DNA from: Eledone cirrhosa
Lineage: Eukaryota
Length of the DNA: 64,000 nucleotides
Direction: 5' to 3'
Assembly: GCA_964016885.1 (NCBI GenBank)
Contig: OZ024741.1
Span: forward strand, 381,114,001 to 381,178,000
Below the pieces are notes generated by a model that was given only the letters and a program-made list of their open reading frames with translations, was not told the DNA's origin and searched no databases. Below, piece after piece: positions 16,143 to 28,582 of the stretch. Both the position numbers and the translations under genes were made by a program. How positions within the stretch are numbered: position 1 is the first letter of the stretch; each line of letters starts with the position of its first letter.

Positions 16143-16692
16143 ATGGCTAACCAGCAAAGATCCAAACAGAACTGGTCTGATAATGAAATCGACATTCTAA
16201 TAAACACATGGCATTGCCTTACCCAAACAGAAGACATAGATGCTTCATGTCTGAACGAAATTGTTAAACGTACAGTTCACCTTTTGAAAACCCGATCTGA
16301 ACAACAGATTCAAAATAAATTAAAGCAAATCGAAGCTGCTTTTAAATTAATCAATAAACATTTGGATAAACTACGGTGTGTTTTTTCTTTGGACGCTATC
16401 CAGCAGCAGCAACAGCAGCAACAACAACAACAGCAACAACGGCAACAACAACAACAGCTACAACAACAACAGCAACAACAACAGCAACAACAACAACAAC
16501 AACAGCAACAATAACAACGACAACAACAACGACGGCAACAACAGTCTGAACCACTCCTTGATTCATCAACAATGGCCGATCTACTAAATGAAACTATTGA
16601 CCTCCCAGTAGCCACTGTCTCACAGCAGGAAACGCCTCTTCCTTTCTCTGCCCCAGCAGTCCAATCATCACCACTGCCAACATCTCCTCTGC

Positions 16693-16759
<67 letters not shown>

Positions 16760-17168
16760 ATCTTTGCCTACTGCCATCTCAAGGAATTTACCTTCTAATA
16801 CCAGTACAAGAACTCTCCCTCCCACAGCCCACAAAGGTCGTCAAAACGTACTCAAACTATCATTTACACCTCTCACAACACCCACACACACATACACACC
16901 CACTCGAAACCCCATCATTTGCCGCTACTCTCTACGCTATAGAATATGTACGGATAGTGGCTGCAAATTCACCCATTTACCTAGGACACAACGGTATATC
17001 CCCACAAACAGCCACCACCATAATACATACTCTAATTTAACACCAACACAACCACCAATAACTCAAACAAAGAATCAAAAAATCTGCCGCTTTTCCCTGC
17101 GAGACAGATTCTGTTTACACCGGGATTATCCCTTTAACCACTCTTTCGGGGACCCGTCGGACAAATGA
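16143..17168 (+). pseudogene. LINE ORF1-like region: Myb/SANT-like N-terminus, polyQ, polyT, two CCCH-type zinc fingers
   Basis: 16143..16514 and 16572..17168 are in the same frame, separated by one CAA>TAA inside the polyQ; NWSDNEIDILINTW..RSEQQIQNKLKQI; ICRYSLRYRICTDSGCKFTH and ICRFSLRDRFCLHRDYPFNH (second finger has lost one Cys). Confidence 0.75.
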
Positions 17169-17283
17169 AAATAAAAATAACAATAAAAGCAAAAACAAAA
17201 ACCATAACCTACATAAAAATAACCACTACCACAGTCACCAACAGTCTCCTAAACAGGAAACTTATTCCTCTTGTTTAACCATA

Positions 17284-20200
17284 ATGAATCTGGCAAAAGA
17301 ACTGGAAAAAAAACATTCGAGCTATCACCCAGCACTACCCTCCACTATCACCCCACTGAACAAACTCCCATTGCTGCCATTAACAAACAAACAAATTAAC
17401 AACACACCAAAACAATTAAAACCATCCACTCTCGCCTCAACATTTTTGCTTAACGCCCAAGGCATCAGCCCTTCCACCAATACTCAAAAATGGAAGATCA
17501 AATTCCTGGAGGACTGGGTTGATGTCCACCCAAACCGCATCCCTTTCTTCGTCCTCACTGAAACCCATCTCAGTAACCTCCACTTGGAAGCCGAGGAGTA
17601 AGTGAAACATTTTAAAGCCATCCGTGCAGATCGCGCTGGCAGATGAGAGGGTGGGACTGCCATTTATGTCCATAATTATTTCTCAACAGAGGCTATGAAC
17701 ATATTTTCTAATGGATACTGCGAAGCAGTCACTGTATTCAGTCAAACCAACAACCTAATAGTAGTTGGGCTCTATAGGCCACCCCAAACCCCTCTACCAT
17801 GCTTCAAGGAATGCCTCAACAGCATAAAGTGTTTCATCCAAGAGTGTCACCCTGACAACATCTTAATGATGGGGGACTTCAACCTCCCCGGAGTTGACTG
17901 GTCCACAAACAGCCTGCCACCAGGTTCTTCTGCCTCAACCTCTGACAGGGAAGCAGTGAAATCGCTTCTTGACTTCATGGGTGATTTATTCCTGTCCCAA
18001 CTGGTGCTCGAACCAACGAGGTGCCACAAAAACGTCCTAGACTTAATTTTCAGCAATCACACTGACACTATCCACAATATTGCAGTGGAGAAAACTCTAC
18101 TCTCTGATCATGACATGGTTCTCTGTGATCTGAGATTCCTCCGTCCAATATACAAACCCAATGTCATCTCTCCTGTCCATCCGTTTGACGCTATGGATTT
18201 CCACAATGCAAACTGGGAAGCGATCAGTCATGATCTTGCACATGTCGACTGGTCCTTCACGCACACTCACACACCCACTAACATCAAAAAGTCCTGGCAG
18301 ACATTTGTGGACACTGTTACAAACATATGTGCAAAACACATCCCATTAAGAACTATAAACAAATCTAAGAGCAGAATCCCTAGAAATAGAAAAACGCTCA
18401 TCAGGAAAATTAAGAGAACTAACAAAAAAATCAACAAGCTGAAATACTGTCAGCAGCAACACATCAACTTGACTGCCATTTCATCACTACAGATTAAAAA
18501 ACATAACCTCCAAAACAATATGATGTCTATCATCAACAATCAGAGAAGAGCTGAAGAGGCCTGGACCATTGAGAAGATCAAACTCAATCTCAAAGTGTTC
18601 TTTTCATTTGAAAAAAAAACACAAAATCACTGGCTCTACTGTTGGCCCTCTAATTGATGAAAATGGCACTCTTCAAGACAATGCTAAAAACATGGGTGAG
18701 ATACTGCAGAAACAATACTGCTCTGTTTTCAGCAATCCTGATATGGCCGATCTGGGCTGTATCGGCGATGTTATTACCCATTACACCTTATCGGACATAA
18801 CGTTTGGCGCCCCTGACGTCTTAGCGGCAATAAAGGAAATCAAGCATATTTCAGCAGTAGGTCCCGATAGGTTCCCTGCTTGTGTCTTGAAGGCGTGTCA
18901 ACACCAACTTACATCTCCTCTTGCCAATCTGTGGCGGAACTCACTGGATGCTGGATATGTGCCAGAAAACCTTCTATCCCAGTCTGTTGTCCCAGCTTTC
19001 AAAAAAAGAAGCAAATCCCTTGCCGTGAATTACCGTCCAATCTCACTCACCTCTCATATCATTAAGGTATTTGAGAGAGTGGTGCGATCGCGAATGACAC
19101 ACTTCCTTGAGAGTAACAATATGCTGAACTCCAACCAGCATGGATTCCGTAATGGAAGGGATTGCCTGACGCAGCTACTGCATCACTTTGATGACATTTT
19201 GAGAGCCTTGGGAGAGGGTTCCAACACTGATGTTATCTACCTTGATTTCAGCAAGGCCTTTGACAGGGTTGATCACAACATTCTACTGAGAAAGCTGTCC
19301 AATGTTGGTGTCACTGGAAAGCTGCTGCAGGGGATCAAGAGCTTCCTGTCAAACAAAACCCAACATGTTGTAGTCGAAGGAGTCAAATCCAGCCCAGCCA
19401 AAGTCAGTAGTGGGGTCCCACAAGGCACTGTGTTGGGCCCACTTCTCTTCATCATCTATATTAATGACATCACTGACATCATCAAACACAGCAACATTAA
19501 AATTTTCGCTGATGATTCCAAGCTCCAAAAGGTCATCAATGGCGTGGATGACCGGATAAGCCTTCAGTCAGACCTACTGGCTGTTACCCAATGGGCGGAA
19601 AAGAACAACATGTTACTGAACGAAGACAAATTCGAACTGATCCACTTTGGAAAAGAGGATGCTCTGAAACTCCCGTACTCCCTTCCCTGCGGTGAAACTC
19701 TCGTGGCATCTAACAACATCAGAGACTTGGGAGTAACCGTGGACAGCAACATAAGCTGAGCCAAGCATATAAGCAGCAAAGTTGACATGGCCCGCAGAAT
19801 GTGTTCCTGGATCCTCCGAACCTTCCAGTCGAGAGATTTCCACACCATTATCCTTCTCTTCTCCACTTTTGCCCGACCACACCTTGAATACTGTTGTCCA
19901 CTGTGGTCTCCCCACACGAAACAAAGTATCATGAAACTTGAAGCTCCCCAAAAGGCAATCACGAAAAAGATAGATGGCATGTCAGACCTTGACTACTGGG
20001 GTCGACTAGAAAAGCTGAAACTTTACTCACTCCAACGTCGCCGTGAGCGTTATATTATCTGCATGATGTGGAAAATGTTTCATCAGCACTGCCCAAATGA
20101 TGTTGACATCACCTTCAAAATACACCCAAGGCTTGGGCCCCGTGCTATCCGTCCCAAACAAAAATCGAAATCGCAACTCATAACAACAATACGGCACAAT

Positions 20201-20392
20201 TATTTCACCTCAATTGGCCCTGCTCTCTTCAGCATCACACCAGGACACGTCAAAACAGAAATTGACCACACAAAATTCAAGAAATCTTTGGACAAACTCC
20301 TCCAAGTAATCCCGGACAAACCCCCCACACCCGGATATGTCTCCGCAAACAGTAATTCTCTTCTCAAATGGGCCATGGTGCCCAAATCTTGA
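17284..20392 (+). pseudogene. LINE ORF2: apurinic endonuclease + reverse transcriptase (disrupted)
   Basis: LNAQG, LTETHL, GLYRPP, MGDFNLP, LDLIF, SDH; NYRPISLTS, YLDFSKAFD, SGVPQGTVLGP, FADD. Breaks near 17600-17650, 18610, 19757. Confidence 0.95.
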
Positions 20393-20493
20393 ATTGAAAG
20401 ACTTCGCCAGGTGGTGCTATTAAGTTAGACATAGCCTGGGCCAATACTGGCCAAAACATTTCAAAGTTATTCAAAGTTATTATACACATACAC

Positions 20494-20534
<41 letters not shown>

Positions 20535-20537
<3 letters not shown>

Positions 20538-20615
20538 CGAGCCGTGGATTAGAGAGTCTCGCTAGATCGATACAGATCGAACATTGAGCTGATTAGGGGC
20601 GAAACGCGCGTCACC
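20535..20615 (+). ncRNA. 5'-truncated hammerhead ribozyme with long stem II
   Basis: (c)TGACGA gcc..ggc GAAA cgcgcg TC acc; 5' stem I strand replaced by (TA)n. Confidence 0.7.
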
Positions 20616-20669
20616 AACCAATAAACGCAATGAAGGAGTAACCACTCGTCCTTGTTTTATTTTATTACT

Positions 20670-20742
<73 letters not shown>

Positions 20743-21423
20743 CGTGCGTGTGTGTGTGTGTGTGTGCGTGTGTGTGTGTGTGTGCGTGTGTGTAGTAAAA
20801 TAAAACAAGGACGAGTGGTTACTCCTTCATTGCGTTTATTGGTTGGTTTTAATTTATATGTATATTTAATTAATGAAAATAGTAATTAGTCTAAATGAAT
20901 AAATAGAATATATACATAAGATATTACTCACAGAAGTAATATTACAATATTATATATTACATTTAAATGAAGAAGATTCTATTTATGGGAGTACAAACCA
21001 GACAGACAATATTAAATAACTCACTTATATAAACATCTCCTTACCATGGTTCCGTTTACGGATGAAAGACATTATTGGAATAACCAATATTGGTAAAATC
21101 ACTAATACTCTTCATGGGAGGTATTCTTCAAAACTATGAGGTTATACTGATCATGAAATTATACATATCATTCCATTACCGAGGCAGGATGCTGTCCAAA
21201 ACATGTTGTGTTGTTGAACTATTAAATCATCAAATCTCTCTCAATATATTAGGAAAATGAGGTAGGCTTATAATGACGCTAGAAATAGCAGCCAAAAGGA
21301 TGTCTGATTCAACTCGAGAAATTAAAGATTAGTTAACACCATTTCTCTGAGTGATAACTTATATGTATATTATATCCATTAATTGAGATGTTTAAGTATT
21401 AGAGACTAATTAACAATTTTAAC

Positions 21424-21532
21424 CTTTCTGAAGACGTATGATATATGATTATGTATTGCATATGATTGAGTGATATATATATTGTAGTCAGCATATGTGG
21501 ATTATTCTCATATACATAGAAACATGTTAAAG
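21424..21532 (+). ncRNA. Type I hammerhead ribozyme (stem II imperfect)
   Basis: cttt CTGAAGA cgtatg..tatacata GAAA catg TT aaag. Confidence 0.7.
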
Positions 21533-21682
21533 CCAAAGTTTATATTTGTCTTGGTGCAATACTTGCTCCCGTTCTTGCTTTCCTCTTTTTATAAGTACAC
21601 CTTATCCAGCAACTACACAGCCCGTTTATTCTTATACATATATATATATATATATTCCTCAATGCTTCGTAAACATACGTAC

Positions 21683-21739
<57 letters not shown>

Positions 21740-21835
21740 GGTAGAACACTGGAAGGTAATATCCGTAGTGGTAGACTACTCAGTTCATGGGACGAGTAAG
21801 GTAGATGTGGTTACACAACAGTTAGTTCACCACAC

Positions 21836-21873
21836 CGAGAACAATTGTTTCATCTTAGCGGATCCTCAGCTCG
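21836..21873 (-). ncRNA. Minimal type I hammerhead ribozyme in a short repeat (21737-21913; tail also at 59928-60025)
   Basis: Minus: cgag CTGAGGA tccgctaagat GAAA caattg TT ctcg; stem II weak; flanked by inverted repeat 21801-21831 / 21884-21913. Confidence 0.75.
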
Positions 21874-22038
21874 TAATCCGTAGGGTGAAATAACTGTTGT
21901 GTAACCACTTCTATATATATATTATATTCTATATATATATATACAAATACATATATATATATATTTATGGGCTACCGCTCTACATTGAAGCATATGTAGA
22001 ATAAAGATATGCTTTAAGAATAACTTGTTTCTTTTCTC

Positions 22039-22085
<47 letters not shown>

Positions 22086-22177
22086 CGAAGGAAATGTGGT
22101 AAGGAACCAGGTGGACCATAACGCACCAAAGTACTCAATACTTGAGGTAGTAGAGTGGGTAATAGGAACCAGTAAGA

Positions 22178-22269
22178 CCCCGACAGCTGAGCTCAAGCCG
22201 TTTCGACGGCTAATTCTGGACTAAATGAAAATTTATCCTGGTATTTAAATAGCCGATCTTCTCAAGGGG
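22178..22269 (-). ncRNA. Hammerhead ribozyme with U3-A8 variant core
   Basis: Minus: cccc TTGAGAA ga(t)cggcta..tagccgtc GAAA cggct-tgagctc-agctg TC gggg; all three stems pair. Confidence 0.85.
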
Positions 22270-23406
22270 TAATTCCATATATGGTCAAAGTGATTGTCAA
22301 AAATCAGTAGTAATTCTGTGGTTGCAAATTAGTAGGGGAGATGGTGGCTAAACCTGCCAGTAGGAGAAAGAGGGGAGGGGGTGGAGTAGCCCCAATCAAG
22401 CGTTTGTAGTGCCAGCTACAGCTGGGCATGAGGTCAAAGAAGATACAGGGGAGGGGGAGGGGGAGGAAGTCGGAACGGTAGGTAGAACAATGGGGGGTAG
22501 AAATATATAGGAAAGAAAAAAAATACTGAGAGTGAAGAAAAGCAAATAAGTGTAAAGAAAAACAAATGAGTGTAAAGAAAAAAGTAAAGTAAATTAAATT
22601 CTACGACCTAGGTCTCTAGCTATTGTTAGTCTAGAATAAATAAATAAATAAAGAAAGAAAGAAGTAAAGAAAGAAAGAAAGAAATAACGAAATAAGTAAA
22701 AGAACTAGGTGGGACGGTATAGGCGAGGACCCTTTTAAGAGGTATAAGTACGTAAATGATACGGTGACGGGTCAGCAAAAGGGGCCAAAATACTAAAGAG
22801 ACTACCACGAAATAAACAATAAAGGTTTCCATCCCGGGCACACTTCCAGCAACCACCCAAAGCAGCAAAGTGAACTAATGCGAGATAATAATTCTGAGTC
22901 CCGAGAAAAATATATACTAATGCTAACTCTAAAAGATCTAAAACAAGCTACATGAAGGTTCGTACGAAGTAAAGGTAGAATACGGAAGAATAAATTCAGA
23001 ATCCACCCCGCCCAAAAGAAAAGCGAAGAAAGAAATACTGAAACGAAAAAATAAGGCATAAGTGCCACTAAGAAATATAGAGGGCACAGACAATTGTGGG
23101 AGCGGTCGGAAAAAGGGGACAAGTATCCGGGGTCTAAACCAACTGCTATAAAGGGCGGAGTCCGCCAAATCTATCCTAGACTAGGGGAGGGGGTGGGGGT
23201 ACTAAGGCTACAAGGGGCCAAAGGGCAGCCTCGGGTGGGCGAGAAAAGACGCCGACAAAGGAGAAGAGCTGGGGTAGTAGGACTAAGGAGAGAGGGGGGA
23301 AGGAAGGAAATAAAGGAAGCGATAAAAGAATACAAAGAAGATCTTACGTCTCCCTTGGCAAGCAGGGGTTACCCATTGCAAAATCGGCAAGTGGGGTGTT
23401 ATAGCC

Positions 23407-24552
23407 CTAGTCTACCCCCCCCGGGTCATTATGGGGTTTCAGGGCGAGGTATGTCCTACGCAATCTATGTTTACATGCAGTAACCTGTTCATCTTTCTTG
23501 ATTAGGAGTTGGTCCGTCGAAAACAGCATTTGTAAAGTTTCCTCCGAGCATAAATTGCACGGACGGCGTCCTCCCGTGTAAGAATTGGCTCTGGACAGTA
23601 ATCTCCAAGTGAGATCATAGGTGATGTTGTTGTCCTTGAGGTCCCATATGTGGCCCGAAAGTGTAGTGGCGTGACGCCGGGCCGGGTTTCGGAAGGTATG
23701 TCTATGTTGGTATAGCCGGGTCTTGAAGTCACATGCGGTAAGTCCTATATAGGCTTTGTTGGAGGTATCCGTCCTCACGTTGCACTGGTAGATCACATTA
23801 CGGTCTCTGCATCTATTGTCGAGTGGGCAAATAGATCTATCCGGGCAGTTACACCTCCTGGTCGGTTCTCCACTGCTATTTAGGTTATTTCTGCCATCGG
23901 GGTTGAGTTTTTTGTTGTTAGAGGAGACGATGTTTTGTGCGAAGTTTGGTGTAGTGCTGTAAGAGAGTTTGATGGTATTTTTGTTAATTATGTTGTGGTA
24001 GCGGTGTTGTAGTGGGAAGTGTTTTTCAATGAGCCTAAAGAATAGTTTCCCGATGGGAGTTGTCACCTCTGCGTTGTGGGGAGGATTGAACCATGTTACA
24101 TTGCGTGAGCGGCGGTGTCTCCTGCTGGTTCCGCTAATGGGAGCTGGACAGTAGGATATTTCCTCCCGGAAACCACTCCGCTTGAGGGCCTGGTTGTAAT
24201 AAGGCGCATGTTCATCGAATATCCGCTCATTAGCTGACAAACGGGATATGCGGAGGGAGATGTTTTTGACCAGGTTGTTTGTGATGTTCCTAGGATGGTT
24301 TGATCGGCGGTGGATGTAGTGCAGATTATCATTAGGTTTCCTGTATGGGTAGTACAGGTCGTTTTCGAGGTCGAGGGTCACGTCCAGGAAGTTTACTCTG
24401 GTCAGGGACGTTTGTAGGGTTATTTTAAATCCCCAGTCGCGGAAGAATCTGATTAATTGTTTCCGGACCCGATCTGTACTACTGGGGTTGTACCCTTTAA
24501 GGGTAAGGAGCCCATCATCACGGTACAATCCACCACCGAATGCAGGAAACAT
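23407..24552 (-). CDS. PLE RT C-terminal half + GIY-YIG endonuclease (uninterrupted 381 aa, N-terminally truncated)
   Basis: Motifs LYRDDG, NFLDVTLDL, YIGLT..FKTRLYQHRHTF, CNLCSEE. Confidence 0.88.
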   Translation of the reverse strand: MFPAFGGGLYRDDGLLTLKGYNPSSTDRVRKQLIRFFRDWGFKITLQTSLTRVNFLDVTLDLENDLYYPYRKPNDNLHYIHRRSNHPRNITNNLVKNISLRISRLSANERIFDEHAPYYNQALKRSGFREEISYCPAPISGTSRRHRRSRNVTWFNPPHNAEVTTPIGKLFFRLIEKHFPLQHRYHNIINKNTIKLSYSTTPNFAQNIVSSNNKKLNPDGRNNLNSSGEPTRRCNCPDRSICPLDNRCRDRNVIYQCNVRTDTSNKAYIGLTACDFKTRLYQHRHTFRNPARRHATTLSGHIWDLKDNNITYDLTWRLLSRANSYTGGRRPCNLCSEETLQMLFSTDQLLIKKDEQVTACKHRLRRTYLALKPHNDPGGVD

Positions 24553-24574
24553 ATCAGTGAGTTTGGCTATTAGG

Positions 24575-24703
24575 AATGTATATCGAAATATTTAATCATG
24601 AGTTGTGGTAGTTTTCATAATAAACACCTCAGTGTATGTATATATATACTTACGATAAAGACATTGATTAAAGGGAGTTGTGTATGCAACGCGATGCAAT
24701 ACA
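24575..24703. repeat. 129-bp exact direct duplicate of 25994-26122
   Basis: Identical by direct comparison. Confidence 0.9.
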
Positions 24704-26378
24704 TACATATACGACTTTCCCTTCTCCCAAATTCCGCTCACAAGGCATTTTGAACTATAACTCCAACATAACAATAATCAAATTTACTAATCTGATTATC
24801 TTCGTCATACTACAACACTATTCGTGTGGATTATACTTTATATTTCAAGAGTTAGTTGAGCATGTAGTTTTGTTGATGCTTATGTTTTGATTCTATTTTG
24901 TTGTAATGTATGTAGGTCATTGATTAGTTTAGCTCACCTACTTTACTCTTTTCTTTAGATATCCGTAACTTTCCAACATAATGGGTTTCTCTAGAAATCT
25001 TTTACTCAAACCATTTTTATTTTTCTACACTATGCATATTGAGATAATTTCTTTACTATGTTTACTTTTAATAAAATATATAACATGTGTATGTAGTGGG
25101 GTTTGTGTAAAAAGAAGAAAATGAAAATTAGGTTAGAAATCGTCCTCGTCTCCGATAATATAAATGAATGTATGTATTCGCTGATTCTATTGATGTTACT
25201 TGAGCCATTGTATCAGCTTAGTTGGCAGGAGCTGTTCAAATATACTTTATCATTAATGGACTTATACCTACAACAGACTATTCGCTTTGTGTATGTTAAA
25301 ATTCTAATCGACCCGTTGAAAATTCCATATATATATAACAGTAATGGTTCTCTCTCTTCCTTCCGCGCATATAAATTGTGTGCGTGTGTATCTGAGTTTG
25401 TGCATGTGTACATGCCTGCTTGTCGCACTGTGTGTTAAACGCCTTATTGATCGGAAAAATCTATAAAGAAAGTAATTAATCTTGGTTTCAATTGTGTTCG
25501 ATGGATGAAAAACACGCATCTTGTCTGAATAGCACATTAGTCTATTTCAGGTAAGTTTCCCAGGCGTAACATCTAGAATATTAGTCTGGACATAATAAAA
25601 AAAGAAACGCTTGTACAGTTTGGAACGTAGGGTATTTGAGCTTTCTCTTCGTAATCAATTATCTCATTTCACTTCCTATTGCATATACACATAATTTATT
25701 ATTTTACAAAAATTAATTATTTTACAAAGCATCGGGTGAATTTTAAATTTCGAACGTATGTTAGCTTATATACATATATGTAATGTAAACTCATAAAAAC
25801 TCTCGCAGCACATGGTTAAATATTTTAGTATAAAATAGTCAAATAAATCAGGTAAATAAACATTTCGAGAGAGAAGAAGGGGAGTAGAAACACCGTCTGG
25901 TATCACACTCGCATCTGCTGTATGTCGGATTGTTGCGTAAACTATTAATTGTAACACTGTCGCATTTTCCCCATTTCCAGAGGTTATTCGACAAATGTAT
26001 ATCGAAATATTTAATCATGAGTTGTGGTAGTTTTCATAATAAACACCTCAGTGTATGTATATATATACTTACGATAAAGACATTGATTAAAGGGAGTTGT
26101 GTATGCAACGCGATGCAATACAATTCAAGCACTGAACGGCATAATTTCTTCTTCAAAATATGATTTGTTAGTCAGTTAGGAAAATGCGCAGAGTTCTTTA
26201 TTAACAAAGGTGTGTTACATATTTCAATGACGATCGTGGCTACGTGATTGTTCAACCAGGTAACTGGTTGAGCGAGTACATCAGACGGCAGTTTTATGTA
26301 ATAAGGTAACGTTTCCGAGGCAATCCAATCTTAAGACAGGGGAACGGACAAAAACGATATTTTCATAGCCGACGTTGA

Positions 26379-26438
<60 letters not shown>

Positions 26439-26633
26439 CCCCTCTCTCTTCCTCTCTCTTTCTCTATCTCTCTTTATATATATATATATATATAATATAT
26501 CAGATGTGAGAAAAACCACAGACCCTCCATCTCAACTCTACTTTTGAAAAGCAGAAGAACTGCGAAACCGGTAAAGGAACCAAATAAATATATATATTTA
26601 AAAAAAAATAAGACTCCAGTTGCATTTGCGATT

Positions 26634-26747
<114 letters not shown>

Positions 26748-26789
26748 TTATGGATGTATAAAAGTATATATATATATATAATTATATGG

Positions 26790-27920
26790 GTTGGGCCCTC
26801 TTTCCTTCATTATCTATATTAATGACATTATAGACGTTATTAGCCACGCCAAGATAAGTATCTTCACAGATGATTCCAAGGTTGAGAAATGAATCAATGG
26901 AATGAGAGACCATACATGCCTTAATTAGATCTACTCGCCGTTATCCTGTGGGAATTAAAAATCAATATGCTACTAAACGAAGAAAAGGTTGAATTAATCT
27001 ACTTGGGAAAAGAGGTTTCATTATAGTTATCACATTCTTGTCCCTCGTGTCATCAAACACCCCCAGCGACCTTATAGTAATTATTGAGAACAACTTCAGC
27101 TGGAGTTTTCACATAAACAACAATGTTGTTCTGGCTCATAGGATTTGTTCCAGAATGCTCATGCATTTCCGGTCTAGAGGAATTCACACCATCATCTACT
27201 TACCTATGCTCTGTCCCACATTGAATACTGTTTTCCACTGTGGTCTCGCCACAAAAAAACAAAGAATTATGAAACTTGAACCCGTCAGAGTTCAACTACA
27301 AAAAATATAGATTGTATGAGAGGCCTTGGCTATTGGGGTGACTAGAAAAACTCAAATTATACGCTCTCCAACGCCTTGAGCGCTACAGCATGCGTATGAT
27401 GTTGGAAATATTCCATCAATATTGTCCAAATGATAATGGCATCAGCTTCAAAATCCTTCCAAGACTTGGTCCCTGGGCAAAAATCGAATTTCCATCTCAT
27501 AGAAACGGTATGACCACAGTTGCTTTATCTCGAATGGTCCTGCTCGCTTTATTATTATACCAAATATATCTGTTTCTACTTTAGGCACAAAGCCAGCAAT
27601 TACCCAGTTCATTACTGGTACTTTATTTTATCGACCCCGTAAGGATGAAAGGCAAAGTCAACCTCGGCGGGATTTGAACTCAGATCGTAAAGGGACGTAA
27701 CTATGCTGGAAAGCATGGCGTCCGACCCTCTACCGATACTGCCAATCCACCAAATATATCAAGACATAAACAGATCCCATAATATCCAAAAGTTACCTCG
27801 ATTAATTCCGCCAAGAAATCTTTGATTAACCCCTTACACCCGGATATGTCTTCGAAAACAACAACTATTTACTAGAATGGGCCACAGTGACTAAAACAGA
27901 ACTTCGCCTAAAGGTGATAT
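26790..27920 (+). mobile_element. Decayed 3' part of the same CR1/L2-group LINE family as 15745-20483
   Basis: Colinear nucleotide similarity to ~19430-20420 (ttgggccc..cttcat.atctatattaatgacat; ccc..acacccggatatgtc). Confidence 0.88.
27571..27750 (-). mobile_element. SINE inserted in the LINE copy, 12-bp TSD
   Basis: accaaatatatc at 27559-27570 and 27749-27760. Confidence 0.9.
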
Positions 27921-27927
27921 TAAGATA

Positions 27928-27984
<57 letters not shown>

Positions 27985-28270
27985 TAAAATAGCAGATTAT
28001 ATATATATATTTATCCTTATCGAGCCCTCTTTGGATTTTAGTCTTCAAATTTATTATTATTACTATATATAAATATATATATATATATATACAATACATA
28101 AACAGAGAAAGCACTAAGCGATACTCCGACCAACTCCATCTCACTCAACAAACATTAGGATATACCTAAGTAGTATCCCAATTTAGTGTTTGGGGTGCTA
28201 ACTTATCATTATTTCGTGGATAGCTAGTTGTATTATTTTATATGAGACATTAAATAAATATCACTTTCCT

Positions 28271-28413
28271 TCTTGACGGCCGTTTCGTTATAAGATTTCT
28301 ACAATTTGGGATAAATAATTTCCAGGTTATGTATATAATTCATAGTTGTATATAATCCATAGTTTTATCCATAGTTTTATACACAAGCGGGCTCTTATGA
28401 ACTCATCAGTGGA
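28271..28413 (-). ncRNA. Hammerhead ribozyme with long stem II; stem I decayed
   Basis: Minus: CTGATGA gtt(c)ataaga..tcttataac GAAA cggccg TC; stem I tcca/aaga pairs poorly. Confidence 0.65.
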
Positions 28414-28537
28414 TGCCCAAGTAATATCGATATGAGAATTATATCGACATTAATAGAATGGTGATGGTCTCCCTTAGCGCTAAGAAGAGACTGGTAGATT
28501 AGAAAATCCAGCAGTCCTCCCAAAGATAAAATACACG

Positions 28538-28578
<41 letters not shown>

Positions 28579-28582
28579 TATA

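Larger units (their letters stand above)
15745..20483 (+). mobile_element. Near full-length CR1/L2-group LINE, inactivated by a few stops and frameshifts
   Basis: ORF1-like region, APE, RT, LEYC..W.P, SLQRRRER, and a 3' tandem tail (ttcaaagtta)x2. Confidence 0.92.
22083..24575 (-). mobile_element. 5'-truncated Hydra-like Penelope-like element with 3' UTR/pLTR
   Basis: ORF with GLYRDDGL, FLDVTL, SNHP, CNC..CPL, VIY..YIG, CNLC; HHR near the 3' end. Confidence 0.9.

Noticed and set aside
19757-19759. In-frame TGA in LINE ORF2 as programmed readthrough
   Set aside because: Position corresponds to the conserved Trp (agctgg in the sister copy near 27098); simple nonsense mutation.
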